Assembly: GCF_035594765.1 (NCBI RefSeq)
Contig: NC_085843.1
Span: forward strand, 41,555,955-41,619,954
Reading direction: 5' to 3'
DNA length: 64,000 nucleotides
Origin: Anolis carolinensis
Taxonomy: Eukaryota
The notes beneath the pieces are model-generated. The model ran no database searches, was not told where the DNA came from, and worked only from the letters and a program-made list of their open reading frames with translations. How positions within the stretch are numbered: position 1 is the stretch's first letter; every line of letters begins with the position of its first letter. Positions 22,201 through 35,460 of the stretch are shown here, piece by piece. The translations under genes were made by a program, and so were the position numbers.

Positions 22201-25200
22201 CCATGTGGATTCGAGGTGTATCTGCACTGTGGCGTTAATTAGTGCCATAGAATGCTGGGTTGCTGTGAGTTTTCCAAGCTGTATGGCCATATTCCAGAAG
22301 CATTCTCCCCTGACGTTTCGCCCACATCTATGGCAGACATCCTCAGAAGTCGCCCTCATCTATGGCAGACATCCTCAGAAGTTTATATATACAGTAGAGT
22401 CTCACTTATCCAAGACTCACTTATCCAAGGTTCTGGATTATCCAAAGCATTTTTGTAGTCAATGTTTTCAATACATCGTGATATTTTGGTGCTAAATTCG
22501 TAAATACAGTAATTACAACATACCGTTACTACGTATTGAACTACTTTTTCTGTCAAATTTGTTGTATAACATGATGTTTTGGTGCTTAATTTGTAAAATC
22601 ATAACCCAATTTCATGTTTAATAGGCTTTTCCTTAATCCCTCCTTATTATCCAAGATTATCCACTTATCCAAGGTTCTGCTGGCCCGTTTAGCTTGGAAA
22701 AGTGAGACTTTACTGTATCTGCAAAGGCAGGAAGCAGCCAGGCTTTGAAGCTGCAAGGCTAATAGTGCTAATCAAGCTGTCCATTTGCAACATTCACACT
22801 GGTCTCAAGCAGACAAGAGTTCTTTCTCTCACCCTGAATATTCCACAGATAAATAAACCTCCCTTGTCGGGTCTTCGGCTTAGAAATGGAGATGAGCACC
22901 ACACCCCAGAGTCAGATATGACTGGACTTAACGTCAGGGGAAAACCTTTACCTTTACTTTTTTGCCTAGTCTCCAACATACCTCACAACCCCTGAGGATG
23001 CTTGCCATAGATATGGGTGAAACGTCAGGAGAGAATGCTTCTGGAACATGGCCATACAGTCTGAAAAACTCACAGCAAACCAGTGATTCCGGCCATGAAA
23101 GCCTTCAACAACACAATCCTATGATGTAGAACAGGCATGGGCCAATTTGGGCCCTCCAGGTGTTTTGGACTTCAACTCTCACAATTCCTGGAATTGAAGT
23201 CCAAAATACCTGAAGGGCCCAAGTTGGCCCATGACTGCTGTAGATGCACCTTGGCAGAAACTGGGCGATTCAAGATTTTCATTGGCTATCATGAACAGTG
23301 GGAGCCCCTGGTGGTGCAGCAGATTAAACCGCTCAGCTTCTGAACTTGCTGGTCGAAAGGTCGGTGGTTCAAATCCAGGGAGCAGGGTGAGCTCCTGCTG
23401 TTAGCCCCAGCATCTCGCAACCTGGCAGTTTGAAATCATGCAAATGTGAATAGATCAATAGGTAGCGCTCCGGCATGAAGGTAACAGCGCTTCATGCATC
23501 ATGCAGGCCACAGGACCTTGGAGCTGTCAATACCGGCTCTTCAGCTTAGAAATGGAAGTGAGCATCAAAACTCAGAGTTGGACATGACTAGACTTAATGT
23601 CAGGGGGAAACCTTTACTTTACCTTAATATCATGAACAATAATAGGGAATTAGGGCAGAGTTTTTCCAATATTACCTAAGTAATCCAGAAATAAATAGTC
23701 CCTCAAAAATAATGTCTAACTAATCTTGTCTTCCTCTGTAATGCAGCTTGTTTATCCCTTATAATAATAATAATAATAATAGCAGCAATAATAAAAAATT
23801 TATTTCTAACTCACTCTCTCGTCCCAAAGGGACTCAGAGCAACTTCCAAAAGTAAAATGGTAAACATTCAATGCCATGTGCAGTATCAAAATAAACAAAT
23901 TAAGCAAAATAGGCAAGCAAAACAGACAATTAACATTAACAGTTAAAATAAATAGATTCAAATAAATAAAACAACCTTAACCAGAGAATGTTATCAGTCA
24001 GGTCTCAAAAGTAACACATTAAGCAGTTAAAATCTATATAAAATCTGAGAATATAAAGTTTGGCTATTCCAATAAGTTAATGTGATCATTGTCAGCATAG
24101 TAAATCGGGTTAGAGTTGGTGTTAAATAAATCCTCTTTCTTTACAAAAGCTAAAGTACAAAGAAAGATTTTTAGTTATTTTTTGAAGGAGATGAGTGAGG
24201 AGGCTGTTCTGATTTAGGTATTAGGAAACATTGTTAAAGTAGAGTTAAGGGCCAGTATTGAGTATGATAGATAAAACATTTATGTACTTAAATGGCAAAG
24301 GTAAAAACCAAAATAAGTATCAAAACCTTCTATGTCTGTAACATCATCTTTTGCTGATAAGCTATTGCTGCTGCACAAAAGCTAGCGACTTTGGTAGTAA
24401 TTTTGGGGTGCTGGTCAGCCAGGAGGTAATCAACATAAAACCATACAGATCTCCCTGGGAAACTTTCTAAAATTGGATTTATAAAATGTTTTCAAAGGTC
24501 TCAGTAAAAAGAACAGTACAGTAAAATGTGCCCCACAGTTTCCACTTCCTCAGCCTCACAAGAATATAGGCTTTCATCTTATGGTACTTTGTTATATCTT
24601 CCCTCCAGTAAAACAGAAGGGTGTACATTGAATTTAGCCAAAGAGAATGCTTTCCTATGTTTTAGGATAATTAGATTGCCTAAGTACTCTACAGGAAGAA
24701 GTGCCGCAGAGTACTTAGGCAATAGACTCTCAGGCTTCATCTGCACTGCTATATAATACAGATGTATCTGTTTTGTATTGGATTATATGAGTCTACATTG
24801 CCATATAATCTAGTTCAAAGAAGGTAATCTTTATTCAGAAACTGGATTATATGGCAGTGTAGATCCAGTCTCCATTAAACAAGTCTCCTGGTAGATGCTG
24901 GATAAATGTAGTTTCTGGTTGTATGAGAGTTTCTATGAAAAATAGACCTTACTAATATTGCAACCCATACTATACCATAAACTATATTTATTTAGACATC
25001 AGATAAAATGTACAAATAGGTTGTTGTTGATATGTTGAACAGATTCTTGCAAATTCAGGCAACTGTCTCTTTTCCAGTGGGATGCTTTGCTGTTGTTAAG
25101 AAAGAGGGCCGTGCTCTTGACAACATACTAACAGATAAAGCCATGGTTGCAGAACAGTGCCTCCTTCGTGCCATCATCTACCGTTTCCGCCACCAGATGA

Positions 25201-28200
25201 GTCATCATAAGCCATATCAGTCTCTCAAACAGGTCAGAATAAGAGAATTGCCTGGAAACACATTTGGACATTGTCTTATCTATTTCCTGGACATTAGGAA
25301 GAACATCTGCCTAGGAGTCTGGTGGAAGCTCCTTCGTTAGAGGCTTTTAAATAGAGGCTGGATGGCCATCTGTTGGGGGTGCTTTGATTGTGCTTGTCCT
25401 TCATGTCAGGCAGTTGGACTAGATGGCCCATGTCATCTTTCCAACTCTGATTCTTTTTGAAACTTTTATCTTGAGAAAGAATATCAGTTTATAGGTATTC
25501 ATCATTGGATAGAAACTATTTTTATGCTCCTATATTTAAGAACTTGAGCTTGCTTTCATTTAATGGAGAAATTATATTTTTCATTGTCTCACTGGAAAAA
25601 TAGTGTGAATCTAATAGAGTAATGTCTATGTTTTTTACAAAGAGAGCCTCAGTCTGATACTTTCCTTAGTCAGTTTCTGAAAATTTTCATTAACATAATG
25701 CTGTGGTTCGTTCTATCTATCAGTGTGTATCAGTGTGTATCAAGCCCCCGGTGGCGTAGTGGGTTAAAGCCTTGTGACTTGAAGGTTGGGTTGCTGACCT
25801 GAAGGCTGCCAGGTTCAAATCCAACCCGGGGAGAGCGCAGATGAGCTCCCTTTATCAGCTCCAGCTCCATGCGGGGACATGAGAGAAGCCTCCCACAAGG
25901 ATGGTAAAACATCAAAACATCCGGGCATCCCCTGGGCAATGTCCTTGCAGTCAGCCAATTCTCTCACACCAGAAGCGACTTGCAGTTTCTCAAGTCACTC
26001 CTGACACGAAAAAAGTTTGTATTATGCAAACTTCATTTTAGTATGCGTGAATTCACTTACTTTCATGATGCTATAGAAATGAATGTACAAATAGCTTTGA
26101 ACAGGAAGTTTTTTTAAAGAGAGTGTAGTCTACCAATACATAATCACTGCTTGTTAGGCTCTGATTTTCACAGTGATGGGCGTTTAACTGACTGATTGTT
26201 CATTTGACTTACGGTTATTGACTTGGCGTAGAATAAAAAGATGCCTGCTGCTGCTCAGCCGTTTAGTCGTCTCCGACTCTTCGTGACCTCATGGGCCAGT
26301 CCACGTCAGAGCTCCCTGTCGGCCGTCACCGCCACCCATTCCTTCAAGGTCAACCCAGTCACTTCAAGGATACCGTCCACCCATCTTGCCCTTGGTCGGC
26401 CTCTCTTCCTTTTTCCTTCCATTTCCCCCAGCATCGTGATCTTTTCCAAGCTTTCCTGTCTCCTCATGATGTGGCCAAAATACTTCAGCTTTGCCTCTAA
26501 TATCCTTCCCTCCAGTGAGCAGCCGGGCATTATTTTCTGGAGGATGGACTGGTTGGATCTTCTTGCGGTCCAAGTCACTCTCAGGATTTTCCTCCAGCAC
26601 CAGAGTTCAAAAGCATCTGTCTTCCTTCGCTCAGCCTTCCCTATGGTCCAGCTCTCGCATCCATAGGTTACTATGGGGAATACCATAGATGCCACTCTCA
26701 TATTATTTCATACATACCAATTATGAATTTAGAAATTTAGTGAACTGAAATGTGTCTAGATGAAAAGTTTCATTTCTCAGCTAATCTCTTAATGTGCTCC
26801 CACTCTCTTCCAGGTAGAACAATGCTTGAAGCGTTTAAATCTAATGAATCTGGGAAAGGCCATTCAAATTCTTACACAACTGGGCCCCATGTAAGTGACA
26901 TAAACTAGATGATATTTATGGAAGTATAAGTCTTACAGGATTTATTTTCCTATATTTGCTAGGTTAAGCACTTTAGCTAAATTTATATTGGCTGAAATCT
27001 ATAGAATTTAAAGTAACTAAATTCTTTTCTTTTCTTGCCAAAGCTGCTAGATTGTTGTGTGGTGGAATCGCCTTCATAAAAGCTTTTAAACAGAGGCTGA
27101 ATGACTGTATTTTGGGTATGCTTTGATTGTGCTTTTCCTGCATGGCAGGGTGTTGGACTAGATGGCCCAAGTGGTCTCTTCTAACTCTGTTGTTCTATAA
27201 TTCTAGGACTTCCCATTTTTAGGTGACTTTTTCCAGATCACTACCCCAAACCACTAGAAAACACTGCGGTTTCCTTGCCTTACCCTCCCACAATACTTGC
27301 CTCTCTCCAAAAAAGGTTGATTTCCTGAAAAGAAACTAGAAGTGTCACAACATCACTTTTAGTTTTTTAGTGATGCACAAGGGTTGCCCTTTGGAGGTAC
27401 ACAGAGTCAAAAAATGTCTTCTGCATGTCTCTCTCTTGGTGTAAGAAAGAGAATGTTTTCAAACTATGCTGAACACTTCAGTAGATAACAGAGTGTCATT
27501 TGAAATCTTACACAAATGGCAGTCAGTCCAAGCAAAGGTGCCCTCCCCCCCGGCTTGTTTTTGTTTCTTCTTTTGTGTAACAAACATAATAAATCAGCAA
27601 TACTTTGTACCCAGCTGGATAGTTTAAGCATTTTTGAAGAAAAGTTTCAAAAAACAAATAAAACCTAAAAGCAAAAACATGGGGCAAAGTTAAGTTAATG
27701 GGAATAGAATATTTTTTTTAAAAAAATTACAGGAGCAAGCCATTCCAAATGATCGGGTGCTTGTCAGAGTTAAGTGCTGGAAGATGCCAACACAGATCCA
27801 CATGATCTATTTCTTATATTTTTCATCATTTTAAACAGGTATCAGAAATCTGAAAATGCTGCAGAATGTTTGGTTCCCAGCCAACCTGTGATAGAAGTTG
27901 TGATGGTGAAGATACTGGGTGGTTGCAAGCTTGTGCTGCGTTTACTTGAATGCTGTTGTGCCGCATTTCTGTATCCTTGTAAGACAAGCACATGGAACTG
28001 ATTTGGAAACTGATGCAATTCTCATTTGTTGCTGTGTTCTTCAAAGTCATTTCTGACTTATGGTGACTCTAATCTATCACTGGGTTTTCTTGGCATGATT
28101 TATTCAGAGATTTGTCTTTGCCTTCTGAAGAGTGTGACTTACCCAATGTCACCCAGTGGGCTTCCATGGATTGAGCAGAGATTTGAACCTTGGCCTCCAG

Positions 28201-31200
28201 TTCTAACCCAAAGCATCACACTGTCTCAGTTCTCATTTAGAAATGCAAAATGGCATGGGAAGTCCATTATTAGAAAAGATATAAAATAAAACAAACAGAC
28301 TTTAATCATATATTAATTGTGTTTACGTCTTCCAGTGAACTCAAGCTTGTATACATGGCTTTCTTATGTGATCTTATGGACTTTTCAAGAGAAACTATGT
28401 GTATTTATGTGTATTATGTGTATATCTGCCATAAGAGACATTGTAGAGTTAATACAGTTTGATACTTCAATTGCCATGACTCAATGTTATGGAATCAAGG
28501 GGATTGTAGTTTTACAAGGTCTTTTGCCTTCTATGCCAATCAGTAATGGTGCTTCACCAAACACCCAGGTTCTATAGCATTGAGCCATGGCAATTAAAGT
28601 GGCATCAAACTGCATTATTTTTACTGTATTAATGCAGTATAATAAAAGAGAATGACAGATGTCAGTTTTACGTAGTGTTAATCAAGATTTAGATATTTTA
28701 TATCATGTTTATGTTTCAAGTTCTGTTGAATAATTTGTTTTATTCACTTGAGTTCTGAGAATGTTACACAAAGCATTCTAGTAGTAAAGGGATTAAGGGG
28801 AACACCTTACAACTTCATCTTCCTCACATAAAGTATCCCTATGGATAATAGGTCTGATAAGGTTTCATAGCATAATGGAGACAAGAACCTGCATCACCTA
28901 AGTCATAGTCCAACAATAACCAATACAGTGTTAACAAATTAATCCTTTTTTCTGTTATTTGTCTGGTGTCAAACTTTGCATTCCTCCATGGCTTCACAAA
29001 TTAGCCTAAATATTATTTAAAGATTTAATAGCATACAGCTCTTGAGTCTTACCCTCAGGTTTGATTGAATGTTTTCTGCTCTCTGAGTTTCACGCAGTGA
29101 AACACAGTTGGTCTTTAATTTTTGTCCCTTCTCCCTTTGATCCATTATTATCCAACCTTAATTTAGTTCTTTAGCTTGTCTGTTAAGCATCTTTGTTTAC
29201 AAGAGCATATACTTCTGAATACTCTGGTTTCAGGATTGCTGAGCCGACTATGGTATGTAACAGTTTAAACACCTTGATTATCTTATTTCTATCTGTACAC
29301 TTGCATTTCTTGAGTAGAGAGCTTGCTTAATATGTTATCTGAAAATAGCAGGTAGTAGCCAATAAACCCTTCCCACTGACATAATGATTTCCATGAATGC
29401 AATTGTAGTGGGTGCCATAACATGTTCCTAGGGTTTTTTTTAGTAACTGATCTAACCCTTTTATTCCACACAGCCAAAACTGCCAGGAAGAATCCCAAGC
29501 ACTGATAAAGAAGTGCAGTTAGCTGCTATAACATTCTTCCACTTAAACATCCCTTTGCTCTTTTTCTTGTTTGCCTATCTTCAAGCAATTACGAATTGTG
29601 GCATGCTATTAAATTGTATTTTAATTAAGCCCAATATCCAGTGCTTGTGACAGTGTTGAAAAGAGGGTAACCCCGATTTGTATTTAAAATAAAGAAAAAT
29701 AGAGAGGACGCAGAGTGGAAGAAAAGTAAAAGTTAGAGGAGTAAAATAGTTCGATATTGGGAGAGGGGTGTTGAGTAAGGTGTGTTACATCCAATTGTAT
29801 CCATGATGTCTCTTATGTATGGAGATAGACAAGTTGCCCAATGCTTTGATTAGCGGCAGGGGCCAAGGTGCCCATTTCTTTGAAGGGAATGTGTAGAAGA
29901 GAGACTGGCAGAAGAAATGAGTGTGCAGAGGCCTTGATGTTTGATGCTGTTTCAAAAACATGGAAACGTTTCATTGCTGTTCTATCAACCAGCAACCCTA
30001 ACAAAATCCCATTGTTTTCAGTAAATTTACTTGTACCCACGTTTCAAGCAGTAAGAGATATGTGTGTTTGTATGGCAGTTTAAAACACAATAAATTATAA
30101 TACTTTTTTACAATGTCAGATAAGCTCCATGATAAAGGATAGCACATTGCCTGTACATAAAGGGATTTCTGGTTCTTCTACCTGGGTGAATATAATTGCT
30201 GAGATTTGCAGGCTTTGAAATATTCTTGTGTTTATGACATTAACAAGGAATTGAGTGTTTGAGTACTCTTCTTAGCCTTTTCTTCTGGATACCTGATACC
30301 AGAGTTTTCTGTATCTGATACCAGAGATTGTTATAGTAGAAGGACTGGTAAAGTCATATTGTTGAGATCAAACTAGGAGTAGCAAAAAAAGAAATAAAAC
30401 ATTGGAAAATTTTAGTGGAAGAGTCAACCCAATTTAAGAAATGTACCAGTTACACAAGTGTTTCATTTCTTCCCTCTTTGTCTTAGGCTTCTTTCTAGAG
30501 GTGTATTAAAAAGCCTCAGTTCTTTGTATAACATCCTGTTTGAATTACATCGAGAAGTTTCGGAAATACAACCAAGTCCTTATATAAAAGGATTTGCTTT
30601 TCCTCCTGAAATAAATGAATTTGTGGGAACCTCTTATTCAGAGATTAAGAAGAAAATGCCTAGAGCATTTGTGATGAAAAAGGCCAGAAGTGGATGGATG
30701 AATAAACTATTTGCTGCAAGCAAGGCCACATCTCAGTCTCAGCTTGAGACAGCAGCCGGTCCTACAGCAGTCGGAGGGAAGATGAGGAATTCGCAAAATG
30801 CTGTTGATATCGGGAAACCAGTTCTGGTCAATAGAACTAACCGAGGTAACAGACTGGCCTTTTCATTTGGGTGAGGGAATGGAAAGAAAACTAAGACTCA
30901 GGTGCAGGTTTTAAAAATTATTAGGATCCTGAGCCTGAGGAATAGCTTTTAAACAGAGTGATAGACACTACTGGAATTAGCTTCTAGGACAGCTGGTGAT
31001 AGCACTCTTTTCTTTCTCATTCAGGATGAATGATTTCTGACCATTTGATATGCGTGTAAACTTCTGCTTCTCCTTAACAGTGTGTTTAGTTGCTACTCTA
31101 AAAAGTCTGAGGAATGGCGACATGGTTCTTACCATGCCATATGTTTCTTTTCAAGAGTGTTGTTGCATGTGCTTTAAAAATAGCCGCTAGCCATATTTTG

Positions 31201-34200
31201 CTGGAATACTTATGTACCGACTGACACAACCATATTTCCTAAACAATTTAAGAATACAGTAGAGTCTCACTTATCCAACACTCGCTTATCCAACATTCTG
31301 GATTATCCAACGTGTTTTTGTAGTCAATGGTTTCAATATATTGTGATATTTTGGTGCTAAATTTGTAAATACAGTAATTACAACATAACATTACTGCGTA
31401 TTGAACTACTTTTTCAGTCAAATTTGTTGTATAACATGATGTTTTGGTGCTTAATTTGTAAAATCATAACCTAATTTGATGTTTAATAGGTTTTTCCTTA
31501 ATGCCTCCTTATTATCCAACATATTCGCTTATCCAACATTCTGCCAGCCCGTTTATGTTGGATAAGTGAGACTCTACTGTAATTTTGAAATGTTAAAAAC
31601 ATGCCATTGATATCAAAATCATTTTGTTCCAGGTTAAGTACATAGGATTGTAGCCAAGCCAACTTTTAAAGGCTATTTTAAGTGTATTTATTATATGTTA
31701 ATTCACATGTATTATTTGTTTTTTAATTTTTGTATTGTGCTTTTAAATATATAATCAAAGTGTGGTATTGTTAGCTGTCTTAAGTTCCTATTTGTAGAAA
31801 GACAGGGTGTAAATAAAGTAAATAATAATAATTTCTCCCATCAACAAATAATTACTTTGCCCATTGTTCTAGATCTGGGAAAGGAGGTGTCAAGGTTTGA
31901 TGTCAAGACATTATGCAAGTATCCTCATCCGGCTCCACAGAAGGTTTGTTCCATTTTGTTTCTGTGTTTTTGTGGAGAGTAATTTTCCATACCCCTCTTT
32001 TACATTTAAGATCCCCCCCAAAAAAAACTGGAGAGTAGAAGTTATCTTTGAGAAGGGATTCAATTTGCTGTTTTAGATGGTGAGGCCAACATTTTGTACA
32101 TGAGTATAATTGATTAGATTTTTCATTTAACTTTTAGCATTTAGTTGCTTTCTAAATAATAAGGAAGCAATCCTGAACTCCGTATGAAACCAGATGGAGT
32201 CTTTAGGATACAATGAAGTGCTAGGCCATTAACAAAGAATAAGTCACTTGGAATGATGGCACTTATGCCATAAGGGCTTCTCAGGTATTCTGCCAGACAT
32301 TTTGGGGTGGTCTTGGATTCATTGGGCTGTAACTATACTAGCCCTTTCAATGATGCAATTATTTTTGTCACACTGGAGTTAATCTTGGAAGTGAAATTTA
32401 TAGAATATAGGTCAGAAAAATATATAGAAAAGGCAGTCTACAGCTTTTCTTTTTTACAGGAAGAAAGCAAGGTTGTTGATCCTGTACCAGAAATATTCTA
32501 CTTGTAGTAATTCTGCTTCTGTATATATTTAAGAAATGTTTAGCTTTCCAAGTAGTTTTGGATTTCTGATCACAGTTGATTGGAGTTGTAAAGCAGGGGT
32601 ATCTGGATGGGCACAGATTTTCCACCTATGTGAATAAGCAACTTCATCCCTCCATTCTTTATACCTGTCAGCAACTAAGAGATTATAAACACTTTAAGGA
32701 AGCTAATTATACTGGACACACAGAGATTTCAATGGCTAGGATCTGAAGAGGTTCTCAGGGAATACTAGATCCTCTATGGAATGTCCTAGCTTTGTTATTT
32801 AAAATCTTTCCATGCAAGATCCATGAGACTTGGGGAAACCATTACTAGTTGTTGTGCCTTGAAGTCGTTTCCAGTTTTTGGTGACCTTAAGGATTTACTA
32901 TTGATTTTCCTCTGAGTCTGAGAGTGACGTTCCAGAGACAACCCTGTAAGTTTCTATTGACAAGTGGTGATTCAAACACTGTCTACAGGAGTTCTAGTCC
33001 AACAATAAGACCATCACATTGGCTCCTCATTACTAGTTGCAATAGACAATATTATGATCATAGAATAATAGAGTTGAAAGAAACCCCCTGAGCCATCTAA
33101 TCCAACCCCCTGCTATGCAGGAAAAACACAGTCAAAGCACTCCTGACAGATGACCATCAATCAAGCCTCTGTTGAAAAGCCTTCAAGGAAGGAGCTGCCA
33201 CCACACTCAGAGGCAGTGAGTTCTACTGTTGAACAGCTCTTATAGTCAGGAAGTTCTTCCTAATGTTGAAGTGGAATGTCCTTTCCTGTATTTTGAATCC
33301 ATTGCTCCGAGTCTTGGTTTCCAGGGCAGCAGAAAACAAGCCTGCTCCCTCCTCATGAAGTCTTTTCAAATATTTAAACATAGCTATCATATCTCCTCTC
33401 ACAGGTCGCTTCTGCAGGCTAAGCATACCCAGCTTTTTAAGATGCTCCTCGTGGTCTTCAGACCTTTGATCATTTTAGTTGCCTTCCTCTGAATACCTAC
33501 CAGCTTGTCCATCTCTTAAACTGTGGTGCCCAGAATTGGACACAGTATTTCAGGTGGAAAAAAGGTGATGTCTAACCAAAGCCAATACAGAGGCACCATA
33601 ACTTCCCTTGATCTATGCTCCTGTTGATGCAGCTCAAAATCCCATTGGCTTTTTTAGCTGTTGCATCACACTGTTGGCTCATGTGCAACTTGTTGTCCAC
33701 GAAGACTCCCAATATCTTTTTCACATGGACTGTTGTCGAGCCAGGTATCACCCATCCTGCATTTGTGCATTTTGTCTTTTCTGCCTAAGCGAAGTATCCT
33801 ACATTTCTTCTTGTTGAATGAAATTTAGCTCTCTAATTTGTTGAGGTCATTTTGAATTCTTCTGAAATAATTGCTAGCACTTATGAGTCATAATTGATAG
33901 CAGTTATGAATTTGCCCTCTACCATTAAAGGACAGAAACCTACTATCTTGTGTTAGCACTCTGTTTAGAGCACTTTTAAGCCAATAGTGAAAACCGCCTA
34001 CAGGTATTTGATTTCTTTGCTTTCAATTCTAGCAAAAGATGCTATAAATTGAAAAAATATAAACCCTTTCTTTGCTGACAAACTTTTACCTTTCAGTGCC
34101 TTTTCACAGTATTCATTTCCTTCCTTTTAATTTAATTTTAGAATATTAAATTCAGAGTCAAACTTCCTGGATCAAAACAGAAAAGCAAATCTACATCCCA

Positions 34201-35111
34201 CAAATCACTGAGATCCCAGCATCTTAAATCTTTTGTGTCCAAATTTCAAGAAGCAACCTCCTTTGAAGAGCTGTCAGATTCACTGAGAACAACAATTATC
34301 TGGTGCAAAAACAATAAACTTGGATCAGAAGCTTTCTTCTTGGGAATGAAGTGCTTGAAAACTAGGCGGCTGCAGCATGTAGAAGCACAAGGTTGCAGGT
34401 TTGTATTACTATTACTACGGTATCATCTGATATTTCTCACTGATGTATCTGGGTCCCTTTGTTAATTTTTAACTTCAACCATTTTACATTCCAAGTCCCT
34501 TTACTTTCCCATTTCTTTTGCGGAGAGTCCTGTGCTCCCTAACAGCAATGAATGTGGAGTGCTGACTGTAATGCTAACTCATATCTAGTTTATTTTAGAA
34601 CTTGGAGAAATGGAGAAAGCTCTTGCAGGCTCCCATCAAACTCTGTCTAGTGCAGAAGAGCTAATAACTGACTTCAGTTCTGAAAAACTGCCGATTACTA
34701 AACATTCTATTTTCCCCTTACAGGCTGCAGAGAAAACTTGGCTGTGTTAAAGCTACCCTCTGTAAATATCTCACACTCTCAAGCTGCAGAAGGAAACCCA
34801 ATCAAATGCTTAGAACACATTCCCATCTGCGAATGAGGAGCAAACGCTCAAGGAGCTCAAGACATGTTTCAAAAAGAACACCATCTTCTATCATACCTGT
34901 TTCATCAGACACTCCTGACTTTAACAAGGGTGAAATATTCCTATCATCTCAGTTTTGGACTCCTACTAACAATAGTTCTAATGTAATTGGTGAAGAACAA
35001 GCTCAGGTGGATTGTTCTGCCTCTATAGTAGAAACAAGTGATGCCCCTATACAGAAAGAAATCGAGAATGAAGATGACATTGATGACATTTTTAAAGCAA
35101 TAGGTTTATAA
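22023..35111 (+). CDS. NEPRO: Nucleolus and neural progenitor protein (C3orf17), 538 aa
   Basis: Exons 22023-22122, 25078-25232, 26814-26890, 27839-27970, 29175-29252, 30487-30845, 31873-31943, 34142-34398, 34724-35111 = 1617 nt in frame. Motifs match recalled human NEPRO: [65 protein letters not shown]-terminal [12 protein letters not shown]. Confidence 0.95.
22255..23115. mobile_element. Fold-back Penelope fragments with nested MITE (22392-22716) and SINE piece (~22870-22960)
   Basis: Opposed Penelope termini; MITE TIR CAGTAGAGTCTCACTTATCC with TA flanks. Confidence 0.7.
23300..23627 (+). mobile_element. Sauria SINE, full length
   Basis: GGGAGCCCCTGGTGG head, ACCTTT tail, TSD TATCATGAACA. 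Confidence 0.85.
25743..26013 (+). mobile_element. tRNA-derived SINE
   Basis: A box GGTGGCGTAGTGG, B box GGTTCAAATCC, A-tail. Confidence 0.75.
26246..26686 (-). mobile_element. Young 5'-truncated RTE/BovB-like LINE
   Basis: Open C-terminal [35 protein letters not shown]; (GCA)n tail; TSD AGATGCC. Confidence 0.9.
27971..29174 (+). other. U12-type (minor spliceosome) GT-AG intron 4 of NEPRO
   Basis: 5' splice site GTATCCTT; branch site CCTTAAT at 29156-29162, 12 nt before the end of the intron. Confidence 0.85.
31257..31579. mobile_element. Tc1/mariner-pogo-type MITE
   Basis: Same TIRs and TA TSD as 3445-3767. Confidence 0.85.
33057..33860 (-). mobile_element. CR1 LINE 3' fragment
   Basis: [22 protein letters not shown] remnant; (ATTCTATG) tail reversed. 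Confidence 0.85.
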
Positions 35112-35115
35112 TACT

Positions 35116-35121
35116 TTTATT
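35116..35121 (-). terminator. Candidate TAF13 polyadenylation signal
   Basis: First canonical minus-strand AATAAA downstream of the TAF13 stop (TTTATT on the plus strand). Confidence 0.4.
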
Positions 35122-35154
35122 CATGATGTGTTATATAAAATTGGGGTTCTGAAT

Positions 35155-35160
35155 AATAAA
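35155..35160 (+). terminator. NEPRO polyadenylation signal
   Basis: AATAAA 44 nt after the stop codon; a second AATAAA at 35299-35304. Confidence 0.5.
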
Positions 35161-35460
35161 ATATTCTATTAACGTTTTGAACAAATGAAGTTGAAAAAAT
35201 TGGGTTTTTTCATGCTTTGATGTTCTGGTTACTTATGCTACAAAAAAGCACACATACAAAAAACCAAAACCAAACATTTGTTTTAAAAAGTCATTTGTAA
35301 TAAATAGCATGATAGTGGGAAACATCTGAGGACACCTGCAGTTTTGAAGACCATACTAAAAAATCATAATCCAAAATGAATATACATGCTGGCTTCAAAG
35401 AAAAGGATAAGTCAGGCAATTAAGGTTTGTCTTCTTGCAAACACCATCCTGCATAAAGCT

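Noticed and set aside
25743-25830. tRNA-like A/B boxes (also at 20470, 23300, 48338, 63591)
   Set aside because: These are SINE heads with tails and TSDs, not cloverleaf tRNA genes.
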